Numbered from the whole stretch's first letter, positions 43,471-62,589 are shown. The stretch is 62,589 nt of DNA, filler included, from 9 parts of 9 records of this genome joined end to end with filler, not necessarily neighbours in it, one strand, 5' to 3'. Numbers and translations are program-made. The notes: a model not told the origin generated them from the letters alone.

Positions 43471-46400
43471 TCACTTTGAATCGGAAGTGGCTGGAGTTAG
43501 TACAATGTGAGGGAATCGAGTCACCATGATATTGCAAATCTCTGCCAGTTCCGCCGCGCCGCTACTAGTCGCAGGTGCCTCGAGGCGGCATCGGCTGCTC
43601 TCGTCGCCATCGAGCTCGATATCGGCGATTTGCCCCTCGCCATATAGCACTACCCGCGCCACGTTGGTTGCAGCCACCATCCAGCCTACTGCCCACTGCG
43701 CATGCTCACTCTCCGGCGCGGCTTGAAGCAGCACCAGGTGACCGTCCGAGAGCACAAATCGACCGTCGGTTACCTCCGCATGAGCCACATAGTACTCCGA
43801 CACAGCGCCAAGCCCAGATCTCAGCGCCTGCTGGCACGCTGCAGCTGCTGAATCATATCCACGAATCACACCATTCGGAGCTAGGGCCCGCCGCAGCCGG
43901 ATGTGCAATTGGTTCCCAGGGTGCCCGCCCGCAAGTCCAGACTTGACAGCCCCAGAGGCCAAGCCAGCTGCCTGGAAAATCCCTGAAACAGGCTTTACTA
44001 CGGCTCCTGCAACGCCTTTTCCCAGCCCCTTGAGAAATCCGCCCACACCATCCGAGGAAGCCCCATCGACAGGCGCTGTAACAACCCCAGTCACACCATC
44101 AACAAAACCAGACCCCAATGCGCTTGCAGCTTCTTGTACGCCAGAGGAGGCGCCCCCCATCCGTGCCCGACGTTCGCGCTGCTGTAATTCCAGCATATAA
44201 GAGTCGTCGCCACTTGCAAATGCAAATCCAGCGCCAATCGAGCCAGTCAGCTTGGACGTGGTGTCAAACAGCCCTGACGTGGTGTTCGACACCAGGGAAG
44301 AGCTTCCCTTAGCCAGCCCACGAGCGAACGAGCTCGGTGACTGGATCATCCCTTGTGCCGGCTCGTAGAAGAAATCTACCACACCAGTTGAAACCGAATT
44401 GAAGAGCCCTGCTGGATTCCCGAGAACTGATGACGACCCAACCAACACCTGTCAAACCAAAGTCTCTCAGCTGCGGTGAGCCTAACACGGCAGCAGACCA
44501 GCAATTGCCGGAGAAATTGTTGAGAGAAGTGATCTGCCAACCGCTGCCCAAACTCATGCTCGTTACACGCGAGCGATTGGAGCTTAAGAGCGTTGAGCCG
44601 GAGGCAGGCCAAGTCGATCTCAGGAAGATCAGTGCTACTTTTGGTCTTGCTTCCTAGCGCATGCGCGACCTTCTTGCCAATCCTGTCAACAATACGAGTG
44701 AGGAGCGTGCTAACCCATAGGCCCGCTGGTGCTTAGTTGGCTTACCGATACTTGCTGAGTCCGGGATCCACCTCAACCTCACCTGATTGATCAGTCGAAA
44801 TCGACAAGCTTATCGGATGGAGCTCAAACACGGCAAAGTAGACCAACAGAGGCTTAGCTTCTGGGCTGGACCTGCCCGTGGATGCGGGCACTGCAGAGCC
44901 AAACTCCATGCCCAGCCGATACAGGTGCGAGAGGGAAGCCTCATCCACTGACACGAACATCGGCTGCAGCAATAACGAGAAATACCGGAATTTGAGCACT
45001 GAGTTAGTAGTCTGCTGCTTGGCCACACTGAGATGCACTGCAGGTCGAGCCGCAGGGTCGGACATTTGACCTGCAGAGAACAGTAGGCTGAACGGCGCGC
45101 CATGCAGCAGATTATCAATCTGAATGGCGTGGATCTTGAGCTCTAAACCCAGCTCTCCTGTGCCGTCAAATGCCTCTGTGGTGCTCAGTTCAGTTGAGAT
45201 CGAAGTAAGATATAGGTAGAAGACTTCTGCTGGTATACTGTCTATCAGCGAGACCCCGAGTGCTTCTACTTGTAGCGCAATGGTGAAAACTGAGTACTGT
45301 TGTACATCATCGTCAGGCTCAGCATCCAAGCCTCCCGAAAGCCAGTCAGCGCCATCTCCAGTCGCATTAGCTGCCACATCGCCGGAGCCAGAGCCGGCAC
45401 CTGACCCTAGATCAGAGGTGCAATCTTGACCAGCATCATATTGCAGTGGTCTCGCTGGGCTTTTCCCCTGTGTATCGCTTGTAATTTGCCAGCTTGAGTC
45501 TGCTGCCAACCCAAGGTTCAGAGTGTCATCTGGATCGACACATGGCTCGATCAACATCACATGGGTGCCATCTTGAGATACTTGCACCTGATATCTGAAG
45601 TCAGCCTCCTGATGCTCCTCGACCACATCCATGTGGATCGTCTTACACCAGCTCTCTCCAACCTTGACCTTCACCTGGTGCGAAGCCAACTGATCTTGCC
45701 AGATGACAGGCCTCTCAGCTGTGGCGTCAACAGGTTCCCAGTTCGCTCCATCATCTTGGCTCACAGATACGGCAAGAGGAGTCGCATTTCGTACCATGTA
45801 GAGAGCTTTCACGTCGGTAGTCTTCAGATGTACAGCCATGGTTGACCCCAGGAGCATGGCGACCACTTCAACGAGTGTCGCACTCCCGTCCTGTGTGGGT
45901 GCTTGCAATACTGTCTTGATCGGATCTTGAATCGCAAAAGGGGTAGACCATTGACTGTCCTCGCTTTCGGCAGCTGGCTGGAACCGAAGCTTCATAAGCA
46001 GCTGCGACTCGAACGAAACTCCCATAAGTGCGATCGAATCTGCTGGGGGAATGGAGCCTTGAACTCCGTCTTTATCACCAGCGCAGTATGCAACATGCAT
46101 AGATGTCTCATTGAAGATCTTGAATCGAGGTCTGAACTCGATGCATTTCATCCTCCAGGCTTCTGTGTTACCTGGAGCTGCCGCAATGCTCACTGCCACG
46201 TGCACCTCTGGATCCCCTGGGATTTTAATGCACCCAGAAGAGAGCGAGTTGACTGAAAAGGGCTCAGAAAAGCTCGCATTGCCACTCTCTCCAGGCGGCT
46301 GCAGTTCATTTGTAACTACAAGATCTTGCTCCTCTGAACCAGGGATGAAATCAAACATGATCGACTCCCCAGGTGGGACTGTAGTTTGGCAGCCTCGTGA

Positions 46401-49400
46401 TTTTGCGTCCAGAGCTAGCGACATGGGCGTGCTGTTCTTGACTAAGAACGGCACAAATAAGACGACTTCGAGCCCTGCGCCAAGGGGCTGAACCAGCACT
46501 TCGACAGACAGATGCAGCCGCTGAGATCCTTCCATGGTAGTGTAGGCGTCATCGATGGTGAGGAAAGAAAGGTTCCCTCGAGGCTTGCCAGGTATGGATG
46601 AGCGATCGATTTCAAATCTAGGGCTCATCGCCTCGTTGTCACCTAGTGCAATGCTCATCCACATAGGATGGGCGGGATCAGCTGCCTTTGCGATGCAGAG
46701 CCTCTCGGCCGTGCAGACATCGCTATAGTATGCAGGAGCATCACTGCCGTTTTCGAACAGCTCAAATCGGATGTTAGTGTGTAACAAGTTCCTAATTGTA
46801 ACTGGAGTATGGATGGTGATCTCATATGGGGCTAGTTTGGTCTTGAAGCCACGTTTCTGCAGCCTCTGGTCTTCGGATGTAATCATCACACAAACACCAT
46901 CTTGACCTGCTATTGGGCCAGCAGGCCAAACAACAGAAGAGGCCGCGTGAAACAGGGCATTCTCGAGTTCAGAGTGCGCAGCTTCTTTTGCTTCGCCAGA
47001 GGTGTTCTCAGCAAGACTGGCACGAAGTTTTTCAATAGCATTGAAGGCGGCTTCCTGATTTAGGAGCCCAACTACCTCTAGGGGCTCGAAGTCAGTGGCT
47101 GTGATCTGAATGCACGGGACTACCCAGTTCTTCTTGGTCATCTCGACATTCGTAATCGAGGACACTGGGATGACCACTCGAACCGTGTCACCAAAGAGCG
47201 AGCTCTCGCGGTGACAGACATGCCCAATCGAGAGCACAAGGTCGCCACTCGCAGTAGCAAACTTGTCGACATATTCCTCGTTGCTGAGACCAAACTCTTC
47301 GAGGTATTTCTCAGCAAGCCATGCCTGATCAATATGCTGCTGGGTATTCTCTCTGACACTTGATTCCAATAGTTGGAACGTGCGCTTTGGATTTGCAAAT
47401 CCTGAGAAAGTCAGTGTAGGTGCCCCTGAATCCTGAGAGAACTCGAGCTTTGCCTGCTTGCGGTCGCCGTGCAGCTGCTTTACCTCGCTGAAATTTGCAG
47501 TGTGCTTGGTAATGCAACCAAATACATTGCCATAGAGGAAAAGCTTCGACTTTGTGAAGAAGAGCCTGAGTCGGACGGGTTTGCTCTTTTCGCCGATCTG
47601 GGCTTCACATGGAGGAGTGCAAAGAATCAATTCCTCGTCGACGGCATCGCCAAAATTCTCGACCAACTCTGCCGCAGCGCGATTTACATCTTGATCTCTT
47701 GCTGCAAGCGAGGTTGCTGTTAGGTCTAGCACAGGCTTCCAATGAGTGCACTTTTGTGGCTGCAGCTGCAGAACTCCGGAGATCACGCCAAAGGGCACTG
47801 GCACATAACGCCCTGGTTGAACCACTCCCAACTCCACCTTTGCGCCATCTTCAGCACTTTCGATCAAGGCCTTGACTGGTAGTGAGCACTTGTTCTGCAC
47901 GAGCACCTCACTAGCTACAGTCAGAAGCCTGGTCCTTGCCTCAAGGTATACACAGAGTACCACTCGCGCCTGTGTGCCTGTCGCTGCGTTTGCAATCTTA
48001 TAAACGCGCTGCCCGAGTAGGCTGGTATCAAACTCAGTCAGCTCGCCCCAACCATCGCCCAGTGTGATGTCAATTGTCGAAGTCTTTCGAGAGTCCTCTT
48101 CTGAGTGGCGAGAGAGCACAGCACTTTGTAGTGGCAATTCCCCTGACTTCAGCGGAGGCACTTCAACAGTTTGGGTTGACAGCGATTCGGCTGTTGCCGT
48201 TACAACCAATCCACTACAGGTGTTATTCATGATCCGCAGCTTGCAGCCTGCAGCCTTGATGCTCTGGTCGCTCTCAGATGCAAGATCTGTGGCAGCGATC
48301 GCATTGCCAAGACATTGGATCAGGTCTGCACAGAGCACTAAATTTAAGGCATCCGGCACACGGATATCAATACTTGTGGTGCTTGAGCCAAGGATGGCGG
48401 TCCGCGACTCGAGCGCTATAGTGCATCTGGCAGGCTCCAACACAGGCTCCCATGCGGAAGCTGTGATCGATCGTCTGCAGCTATCCAGCACAAATTGGAC
48501 GGTGGCTTCATTTGATCTACTGGTGCCACCACTTTGAAACATTGCTCGTACGTCTCTAGCCTGCACATCGATGACAGGATCCAGAGAACGGTCCATAAGA
48601 GTCACTAGTAACATCTCAGCAGCTATCTCGAACATTGTTTGTGGCTTCAGAGTGCTGTCTGTCGAGTTTAGACTGTCTACCCTGGATAGGTCTGCCCTGG
48701 ACATCTTTGGCGATGTAGGTGTGCTACCATTCGAGTTGCCCCTGTGTAGCTGACCACTTCGCTGTCGCTTGAACGCGTGAAGTCTTGCTACAACTGGCTC
48801 ATACTCCTGTTGGAGCTGCATTAGCATCTTGAGCTCGTGGTGAGAGATGAACAGCTGCATCGCCATGAGCTGAAGCCAGCCAGTCTGACTCAGGGGCATC
48901 TTCTTGCCATGAATGCTCAGCTCATACGGCTTTAGCATGTCAAACGTGTGGACTTCGTCGTCATCTGCAGGAGCTCTATACGCTGAAAGAACAATCTGGG
49001 CGTCAATGGTCTGAACGTCATCTTCAATGTCGATATTTGCGGCACACTGCTCCATCTGCAGCATGAGAACGCTGCTCTCGTTAGCAGGGACTTTGACTGT
49101 AACTTTGCCTGCATTCAAATCTAAATGCATTTGGATCATTCCTGTTGAAGATGGCGAGGAGGGTGATCGCTCATCTTCTGCATTTTCTGGCTCGTCTCCT
49201 ATCGCTGCGTCTGCTTGGTTCGACGCCACAGCCTGTGGGATAAACTTTACTGGCATCACCGTAATGTTTTGAGCTACGCGCATGGCAAAGTCGAACCAGG
49301 CATGCACAGTGTCGGGCGAGACACACACCTTCAATGCGCCAGACTTCACCTGGGCCAGCATGACCTCGTCGGAGTTGCCTTGTTCTACCTTGACAGAAAG

Positions 49401-52400
49401 TGCTCCATTCTCTGCGTCCTGCTCCGTACAAATAATAGGCTCGTTTATCACAGCCTTTCGGTCGGATCTCGAGTCCATCAGACTGAGAGAGTGCATGGTT
49501 ATTTGCGCCCGCATCGCCCCACTTGAGTTTTGGGTAAAAGTTGCTGTCGCCTTACCCAGGTCAAGAGTGGCTATACTCGCAACCTGTGAAGGATCCGCTG
49601 AATCGAGGACCTCCATGAACATTTGTTGAAGGGAAACGTCGATGCCGATATCCAGTCTTGAGCTTAAGGCTGGTGCCTCAGAACCAGACTGGCTTGTTGG
49701 TGACGAGCGAACCAGGTCGGGTTGACTGACCACCGGGAGCGTGTATTCGGACTGTTCTGCTAGATTTTCAAACAGAATCGCCATTACAACCTCGAGCTGC
49801 TGTTGGGAAGCGTGAACCGAAATTTTAGGGACCTCAACTTTAGCCCGAAGCATGCCAAAATCAATTGATCTGCGCAACACAAGCTCGAGTGTAGTGTCGT
49901 CAAGCAGCTTTGTGTATAATCCATCCTCAGTGGGAGGTCCTGCTGCAGCGTTGGTGGTTGCAGCAGAAGCAGCAACAACCTTCAATGTGATCACATCCAT
50001 GCAGATACCTTCAGCTGCGCTCAGATCCAGCTGGTTGGTGACAGAGAGCGTATCGAAGCGCAAGCACATGTGCTCCGTGCTTTCTGAGAGCCGGGGAACA
50101 ATCAGTATAGGACTTTCGAGCGAAAGCACAAGGTTGCAGAAAGCTCCGCCTCCAGGATCATCTTGGTTTTCTTCTGGTTCAATAATGAGGTCAGCTGGCT
50201 CCAAGATCAAGTCGTCTTGGGCCAGCAGCTGGGGTACACGCTGGCACACATCAAGTAGCTGCTTCGTCAGGGGGCTGTTCTGGGCATACCCAATGACTTC
50301 CTCCGCCACAGTATTGAGGAGCACCAGCTCTAGAGATCCGACGCAAAGCTCCGCCGCAGGGAAGCGCTGCTCTGACTGTGCTTCAAGAGGTGGTGTCGAA
50401 AACTTGAAGTTCACGGCACTTTGAGTCACAGTGTGCACTTTGCTCTTCAAGATTGTCCTAAAGGGCCGACTACTGGGTAGTGAGCTGTCGACCTGCAAAC
50501 TGCCCACGATGATAGCAAGCTGCACTGAGTCATCGGGGTGAAGCTCGAACTTGAGTGAAACTTGTGAAACCTCAGCAGAAGCTACAACATGTTCAATTTC
50601 TTCGCATCGAATTGATTGAGATGCTCCGTCGAGGTTGGCCTCAAATGAAAGGATTGGCAGAATATTACTACTTTTCCTCCACTTCTTGGCAAATCTCTTG
50701 GTTGTTGGTATCATCGTGAGTCCAGTCAAATCACGACCACTAGCAGCTGGAGTGATTGAGCTGCCGCCAGGTGCTGATTGGACACGAAACAGCGAAGAAT
50801 TGAGCACACTGGCACTCCGAGACAGGCTTGCAGGCGTCGCCGGTGCTCGTGTCAAGGATCGTGAGGGATCTTTGGGGGAACTCGGCGGTGAGGCCGCGCT
50901 TGATACATCCTTAGGCTGCAGGCCCGCCTTGAGCTTTGGCAGCAGTGGTAATAATGGAAGCACAAAGCGCTCTAAAAGGGCAGCTGCTGTCAGGTGATTC
51001 AGCCCCAGTGTAAGCTTGCCGACTTTCAAGTCGATGCATACCTGTGCTCGAAGTTCTTTTTCGGACTTTGGAGCTGCTGCTTCAAGCTTGAGCTCAAGCA
51101 ACGAGCTGGGCGCTTCTATGGTAAGCTCGTCTGACTCGCCAGCCGCCCCTGCAGAATCTAAGCATCCTCCAGAAGCCAGCTGCTGGAACATGGGATCTTG
51201 TGAGTCGGTGTAGAGATCTTTCATGGCCAGAGATCCCAGCGAGAAATGTACCGTAGAATCGTGTTCATTTTGGAGTACATCCACGACCAGCTGTGCCAAA
51301 TCAAGGCGAACCAGCGCTGCATCTGCCGTTGCTACTTGAACACACACTCTTTCAAGGATTACTTTCAGAGAAAGGTGCCTTATATTGCCCATGGACGGTT
51401 GGGGAACTCGTCTTGGAACTTTGGCTCTACCCATCTGGGAGTGTCGAGGAGCCTCGGGCTCGTCGTGTGCAGGGCCAAGACTTCGATCAGGAATACGGGG
51501 TTGGATCTGCAACGCCACACTGGCCACAGCTTCGATGTGAGCTGGAAGCAGCTGAACCTCGATTGGGTGCACCAGCATGTCAAGACAGAGCGCCGGGAAA
51601 GTCTCTGAATTGTCCACTACGCATTTGCGGAGGCCGAGTTCAATCTTGGTGGCCTTAGACGGCGCGAGCAGCTCCACGGCGCTGGGACCAGGGTCCCCTG
51701 AAGCGTCAAACCAACGGGAAAGCCATTCAGCAGCGTCTGGAATCAATACAACGCTAGTTTGCACCAATTCAAGAGTGTAAGCATCGTAGACTTCTGCTTC
51801 CTTCACCTTGCCTGCGACATCTTCGGCTCCATCAGCATCATGAAGCTTTGCACGCTCTGCCACAGTAGCTGTATCACAGGAAAAATTCCCCAGGGAAATC
51901 GAGAGTACAGGGCTGCCAGCAGAGCAGCTGGCGTCCTCGGGCAGCAAAAGTACTGGGGCGTGCACTTCAATGTCAAGCACCACCTGATTGCTGTGCAGCT
52001 CGCGCGCAGCTTCCATGAGGTCGATATCCGATGCCATCTTCGCCATCCCTTGTGCTGCTAGCCGCTCCAAGTATTGGTACTCGGATGGGTCCACTCCTCG
52101 CTGAAAGAACTCAATCGTCGCCTCCACAACACACCTACCACCCAGTCAGTACAGGACTCACTGGTCAGGCCCACCTGGCGTAAAACACTTGGAGAGTCGA
52201 GATGCGTGCAGCAAACTGCGTAGCAGTACCGCCAGTCTCGAGGTCGCTGCTGGTCTCAAGCTGGAGCATCACAAAGCCTTCGCCAAGCCGGAGCTCGCTG
52301 TACATACCACGCAAGCTCTCCGGGAGGCAGCGCTCCACGGCCGCAAAGCACTTGCTCTGCATCTCGCGGAAGCGCATTGAATGAGGGCTGGAACGAGCCA

Positions 52401-54240
52401 GTTGCATCCCTCTGGTGCAACCAGCAATCCCTTGGTTCACTACCAGCGAGGAGGCGACCGTGTCTAGCCTCCAGCCTCCAGGACGATACACTAGCCCGGC
52501 TTGTAGTCCATCGAGTGTAGACGAGACCAGTGATGTACCTACCAGCCAGCTCAGCAGCGTGTCGACGGCGCATGCGAACCATCCTCGTCCACCAGCGCGA
52601 AGTCGACCGACTTGAGCTTGAGCACGACCTGCACCCTCCTCACTGAGCAACCGGCCACGAATCAGGAAGCCACCACGACTCGATCGTAATCCGGTGGGAG
52701 CAGCACCACTTCGGAGCCGTCCGAGGCCTGCGCTTCGGGGCCTGTCGGTTGGTAGTCAATTGTTGAATAAAGCTCCTGCAATTGCTCAGGCGACATCTTA
52801 AACTCTGGTGCCTGTCCGCCGAGTCAGGCATGGCACTGGTGCTCAGCTGCACCTTATCGCCAGTGTCGGGCCCATCAGAGAAGTCGTACCACTCTCTCAT
52901 ACTGCGGCGCTTCTTCTTCTGCTCCTCCTCCCAGTCCTGGCGCTGTTTGTTGGCCTCAGCGTCCGCCAACATGTCCACTCGCGCCAGAGCCCTCCACCAG
53001 ATGAGGTCGCCCGCCGAATACAAAGCCTCGATCTCGCCGAATTCCTTTTTGAGCGCCGCCGCTTCGGGCGATTCCAGGTCGAGCTTACCCTCCGGGTCCC
53101 ACGACGGCTGCTGCAGCCGCTTGTACACAGCAATGTATCGGCGCCTCTGTGTGCCCCGCAGGTGCAGATATTCATATGAAAAGCTCCGTAGCCGCAGCTG
53201 CACCTCCGCCCGAACCGCCGCAATGGCAAACTGCCAGCGCTCTTTGGCCGTGGCGAGTTTGCGGGCTGGTCGGTAATTGGCGTATTGCTGGTACCTGAGC
53301 GTGCGATCCCAATCGCACAGCACTGCGATCATCGCGGCGTATTGCCTTGGGTTTACTGCCAGGGATATCGGAGAGAGCCTGCCACACACAGCCAGCCGCG
53401 GCACATTATCAGCCGGCCGGTCGTTCCGTTGAACCTCGGCTGAGACGTCCAGATGGACCGGCGGCATTATGTGCGGCGGCGTGTTGCTCGAGGGCGCAGC
53501 CGACGCAATCATCGCTTGCATGTGCTCGATAGTGCTCTCATGATCCATCTCGTGCAGCCGGGCGGCCGCGGGGTCCACGTACACGGCCAGGTACTGCAGC
53601 GCGGCCAGCTTGAATATGGGCTGGTCTACCGCCTCCACCACGGTGAACTTCACCTGCCAGTCCCGATCGCACGAGTCGGCCTGCAGCTTGGAGAAGCTCA
53701 TGCCAAACCCGTAGCACCCGTCCGGGCCGGTCGGGTGCTCGTAACGGATGTGCAGGTTGGTCAGTCGGAGCTGCAGGTTGCGCATCACCGTCTGGGCCAG
53801 CCGCTCCATGAAGCTATCGTCCTGGGGCTCCGGGTCGAGCTGTGCGGCCTCCCAAGCCTCGAGAGCGGCCAGCTTGCCCTCCTGGGTCCGCTGCTTGGCC
53901 TCGGCCGGGTCCCAGTCCTCGGGCTTGGCGTGGGTGGCCAGCACGTACACCCCGTCGATCTGGCAGATCACTGGTTCGCTCTTGAGACTGCTCCACGGGA
54001 TGTTCAACACCAGCTTTTTGATCCGGCCGGTCTCCACGTACAACGGCAGCCCGAGCGCCTGCAGCGCCGTCCGTCGGAGCGTCAGGTTTTCCAGCTTGAC
54101 TTTCCCGCTGAACACCGACACCCGGATCGAGTCGCCAGACACGTCCTCCACGTACTCGCCCAGCTGCTCCTGCAGCATGCGCGCCACCTGCCCAGCCTCG
54201 CCCGGCCCGGCCCAACCAGTACCATATCGTCGAGCCCCAT
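43471..54240 (-). CDS. VPS13: VPS13-family bridge-like lipid transfer protein
   Basis: Chorein-N MGLDDM|VARMLQEQLGEYVE..LNIPWSSL..NLHIRYE; VAB/SHR-BD repeats; GVSLID..IQIDN; C-terminal LGNPAGL..GVVDFFYEP..KGLGKGVAGAVVKP. Confidence 0.93.
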
Positions 54241-54438
54241 CCTCCCGGCTCACCCTGCCTGTCCTCAGCCCGTGATCTGCCCTCGCCGCCACATCCGGCA
54301 GGGTGCTTGCAGGGCGACCGCCTGTCAGGTGCTGTGGCTGACGCTGGGGCAATTCGACCGTTGGAGATCTAGATCAAACGGCCACTGCCAGCAGGTCGAC
54401 CGCGCCCTGCTTGCTTGTGTGCTTGTGCCTTTTGACAA

Positions 54439-55241
54439 ATGGGGCTGTCGCCTCGGACGCACAACCTGGTCAGCTACGGCGTAGCGGCGGTGGTCCTGCT
54501 GGCCGTCTTCCTCCGCCGCACCGACCTGGAACGGCCGGTGTCCCCGGGCAGGCTCGGGGCTGCGCTCTGGACAGTTCACTTCGTCCGACGCTCGCTAGAG
54601 GTGCCCGGGGGCTGAGAAAGTGCTGGTTCAGTGGTGGCGGCAGACGGTGTTGCTGTTCAGGTTCGGTCAGAGCTCGGTGGACTGGGTCGACTCTCTCATA
54701 GAGTTCTGCTACTACTGGGTGGGTGGGGGGTGCTAGCGCTACCGATCCTGGCCACAGGGCTTCGGATGCTGGATCGGCTGCTCGCTCGACGGCCTGGCCG
54801 CACTGCCCGCACTGGCCTGGCCGGCGGTCGTCGGCTGGACGCTGGCAGAAGTGGCCAACTTTAACTGCCACTGCACGCTGCGACAACTCAAGGACAAAGC
54901 CGACGGGGCGGTTCGCTCCTTCCCACAGGGTGCGGCGAGTGGGGACTGGCCGCGGGAGCTTTGGGGCAGGTGGGCGGTTCCTGTTCAGCTCCTGCGCCTG
55001 CCCGCACTATTTCTTTGAGATCTTGTCCTGGGTGCTCTTCAACGTGGCGACTGGCTTTAGCTTGCCTGGGTGCCTCTTTTGTTTGCTCGGAGCGATCATC
55101 ATGACCTCGTACGCCGTCGAGCGGCATGAGTCGTATAAGAAGCGGTACCCGAACTACCCTGCTCACCGGACGCCGCTGTTCCCGGGGGTAGATATTAGGC
55201 CGCCGGTCGGGCTTGTCCAAGCTCTGGCGAGGAACGTATGA
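54439..55241 (+). CDS. Steroid-5-alpha-reductase / enoyl-CoA reductase (TECR-like) membrane enzyme, 3 introns
   Basis: HFVRRSLE|TV, YYWGFG, EVANFNCHCTLRQL, CPHYFFEILSW, YPNYP..RTPLFP. Confidence 0.8.
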
Positions 55242-55484
55242 AATGTATCAAAATGTTATACGTATTGATATTGTGAATGTCTCGAGCGCTAGCTAGTGAA
55301 ATTTCTTGTTTATACTTTATTCAGGCCCAGGTATAATGACACATGTACACGTACGTATCATACAGAAACCACAAAAGACTATTAAGTGGTCAGTGTGAAA
55401 TCGTGGCATGCTTAATTAAAAGCTAGTGTCGGGACGAGAAACATGGGTAAAACCAACGAAGGCAAATATAAGGAAATAGCCAAC

Positions 55485-56498
55485 TCAACTCGTGGCTCTC
55501 TTGTTAATCAGATCTTTGATCTTCTTACGCTTTGCGCTACCAATTGAATCCGGTGCAAACCAATTTGGCTTGCCGCTCATAAGCTGCCGTCCCAGGTACA
55601 GTCAATGCCCGGCCTGATGAGGCTTGCAAAAACCTCATCTAAGAGAGCCTCAGGATCCGGAGCTTTCGTGATTCTCTCCACGTACTCGAGTACAAACAAT
55701 CCGCAGTCGTAGTGATTCGGCTGAGCAGGCACCTGGAGCACCATCAGCCCTCGAGAATGCTGTATTCAGTGCACCTGCGGGCTGACTACCACTTGAGCAG
55801 CTTCTGACCAGTCGCCAGGAAATTCTATGTGCGTCAAGTACCTGACCCTGGCTCAGCAGCCAGATACTCAGTGTGCAGCGCACTTGCAAAAGTTGCGGCA
55901 CAGCCGCCTGCCCTTACCCTCCAGGGAGTCCAGGTACAGAATCTTGCACTTGGCACGATACACGACCGCCACAGTCCAGTGCAAACTGCAAACCCATCTA
56001 GCAATCGGCCAGGCTACAGGGCCGCACTCCTGGTGGACTGGAATCACAATAAAATCCTTCTCGCAGATATCAGCTGGGGCCCACCTGATCCCAAATTAGC
56101 TGCACAGCGCCTGGCTGACTCACTTCTCTACGTCTTTCACACTCGGCTTGCCCTCCTGCACAGACCAACTGATAGTCACAAGCTGGCACGAGAGCACAGT
56201 GCCTGGGTGAGTCGAGTGAAGAAGAACGAGTTAAAGAAGTGGAAGCGACTTCTGGACTTGGTTGGCATGAGACTTTCAAATATGTGGCTGTCAGGGCACA
56301 GCACATCATCACACAGCTGGCAGGCAGCCAGGGGGGCACTTGAGGTAAAAGTCCATCACGTTGTCATTGAGGAATTGGCGCGGGCGGACAAACTCTAAAT
56401 CGTCCCTGCACGTCGCAGTAATCAGTCATGCTGCAGACATGGGTTGCTCACTTGGAAACAATCACTCCCCAGACCCAACGGTTGTCCTGCTTGAGCTC
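55485..56498 (-). CDS. ULP/SENP SUMO protease (peptidase C48) catalytic domain, 8 introns, 5' truncated
   Basis: Spliced product FLNDNVMDFYL, HFFNSFFFTRL, DFIVIPVHQDLHW, ILYLDSL, VPAQPNHYDCGLFVL. Confidence 0.9.
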
Positions 56499-56598
56499 NN
56501 NNNNNNNNNNNNNNNNNNNNNNNNNNNNNNNNNNNNNNNNNNTTAATTAATTAANNNNNNNNNNNNNNNNNNNNNNNNNNNNNNNNNNNNNNNNNNNN
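56499..56598. other. Artificial contig linker
   Basis: 44N-TTAATTAATTAA-44N. Confidence 0.98.
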
Positions 56599-62178
<5,580 letters not shown>

Positions 62179-62589
62179 GATCATCGAAGTCCTAAAGAAC
62201 GTGAAACGAGCCAGCCTGCTGGGTCTTGCGGAATAAAAATGACAAGTATCAAGATTAGTACTCGGATACGCATGTACGAGTACTGTTCGTACAGTACATA
62301 CATGTACAATTATGTACTCACTCGTACTCGGACAAATCATCAAATCATCTTGTAAAATACGAGTACACGTGTACAAGAACTCTGTGCTTTAGAACGAGTA
62401 AAGTTACGAGAGTACTATTTCGTGTGTCTGGTGCGTAAGCTGCATGTAGAAAAGTGTCAAAGCTTACATGTAGTCAACGCGGTATAGTGTCAACATTGAT
62501 TGTATTGGTTCAGTAATTAACAAGTATTACAAAACATGGAGACAATCTAGATGACAATAGAGCTTGTGTGAATGAAGTCGGGGGGGGGG

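Noticed and set aside
7002-56598. Recurring TTAATTAATTAA palindrome flanked by Ns as a biological repeat, and gene neighbourhoods across it
   Set aside because: It is an identical 100-bp six-frame-stop spacer and genes are cut at its edges, so synteny across linkers is meaningless
62580-62589. Terminal poly-G run as a telomere or G-quadruplex
   Set aside because: A homopolymer at the sequence end, most likely a sequencing or assembly artefact

Overview
This window is eukaryotic (protist-like) genomic DNA and is not one continuous locus. Nine unrelated contigs are joined by eight identical artificial 100-bp linkers (44 N + TTAATTAATTAA + 44 N). The genome is very compact: most genes sit in head-to-head pairs, some with only about 33 nt between inferred start codons. 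Many spliceosomal introns of about 35-50 nt break up the genes, which is why the ORF track is fragmented, and a conspicuous minority use GC-AG ends. Recognisable genes are a PX-BAR sorting nexin, two related secreted glycoside-hydrolase-like proteins, an MRH/FN3 membrane protein, a bZIP factor, an FtsH-like AAA ATPase, patatin, TRM5, a SAM + 2OG-Fe(II) protein, kinesin, proteasome beta5, ADA1, an EF-hand protein, a sarcosine-oxidase-like enzyme, a prolyl-hydroxylase-like enzyme, an NT-C2 protein, an OTU deubiquitinase, a Deg protease, a HAD hydrolase, an LRR multi-TM receptor, VPS13, a TECR-like reductase, a SENP/ULP protease absent from the ORF track, and RPA1. The best finding is in the bZIP gene (7209-7883). 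It carries a twin-hairpin IRE1-type non-spliceosomal 20-nt intron (7621-7640), whose removal would switch a hydrophobic tail to an acidic one. This is an XBP1/HAC1-like unfolded-protein-response switch in an unidentified protist. All exon structures were placed by eye and no database searches were run, so the lineage cannot be assigned.
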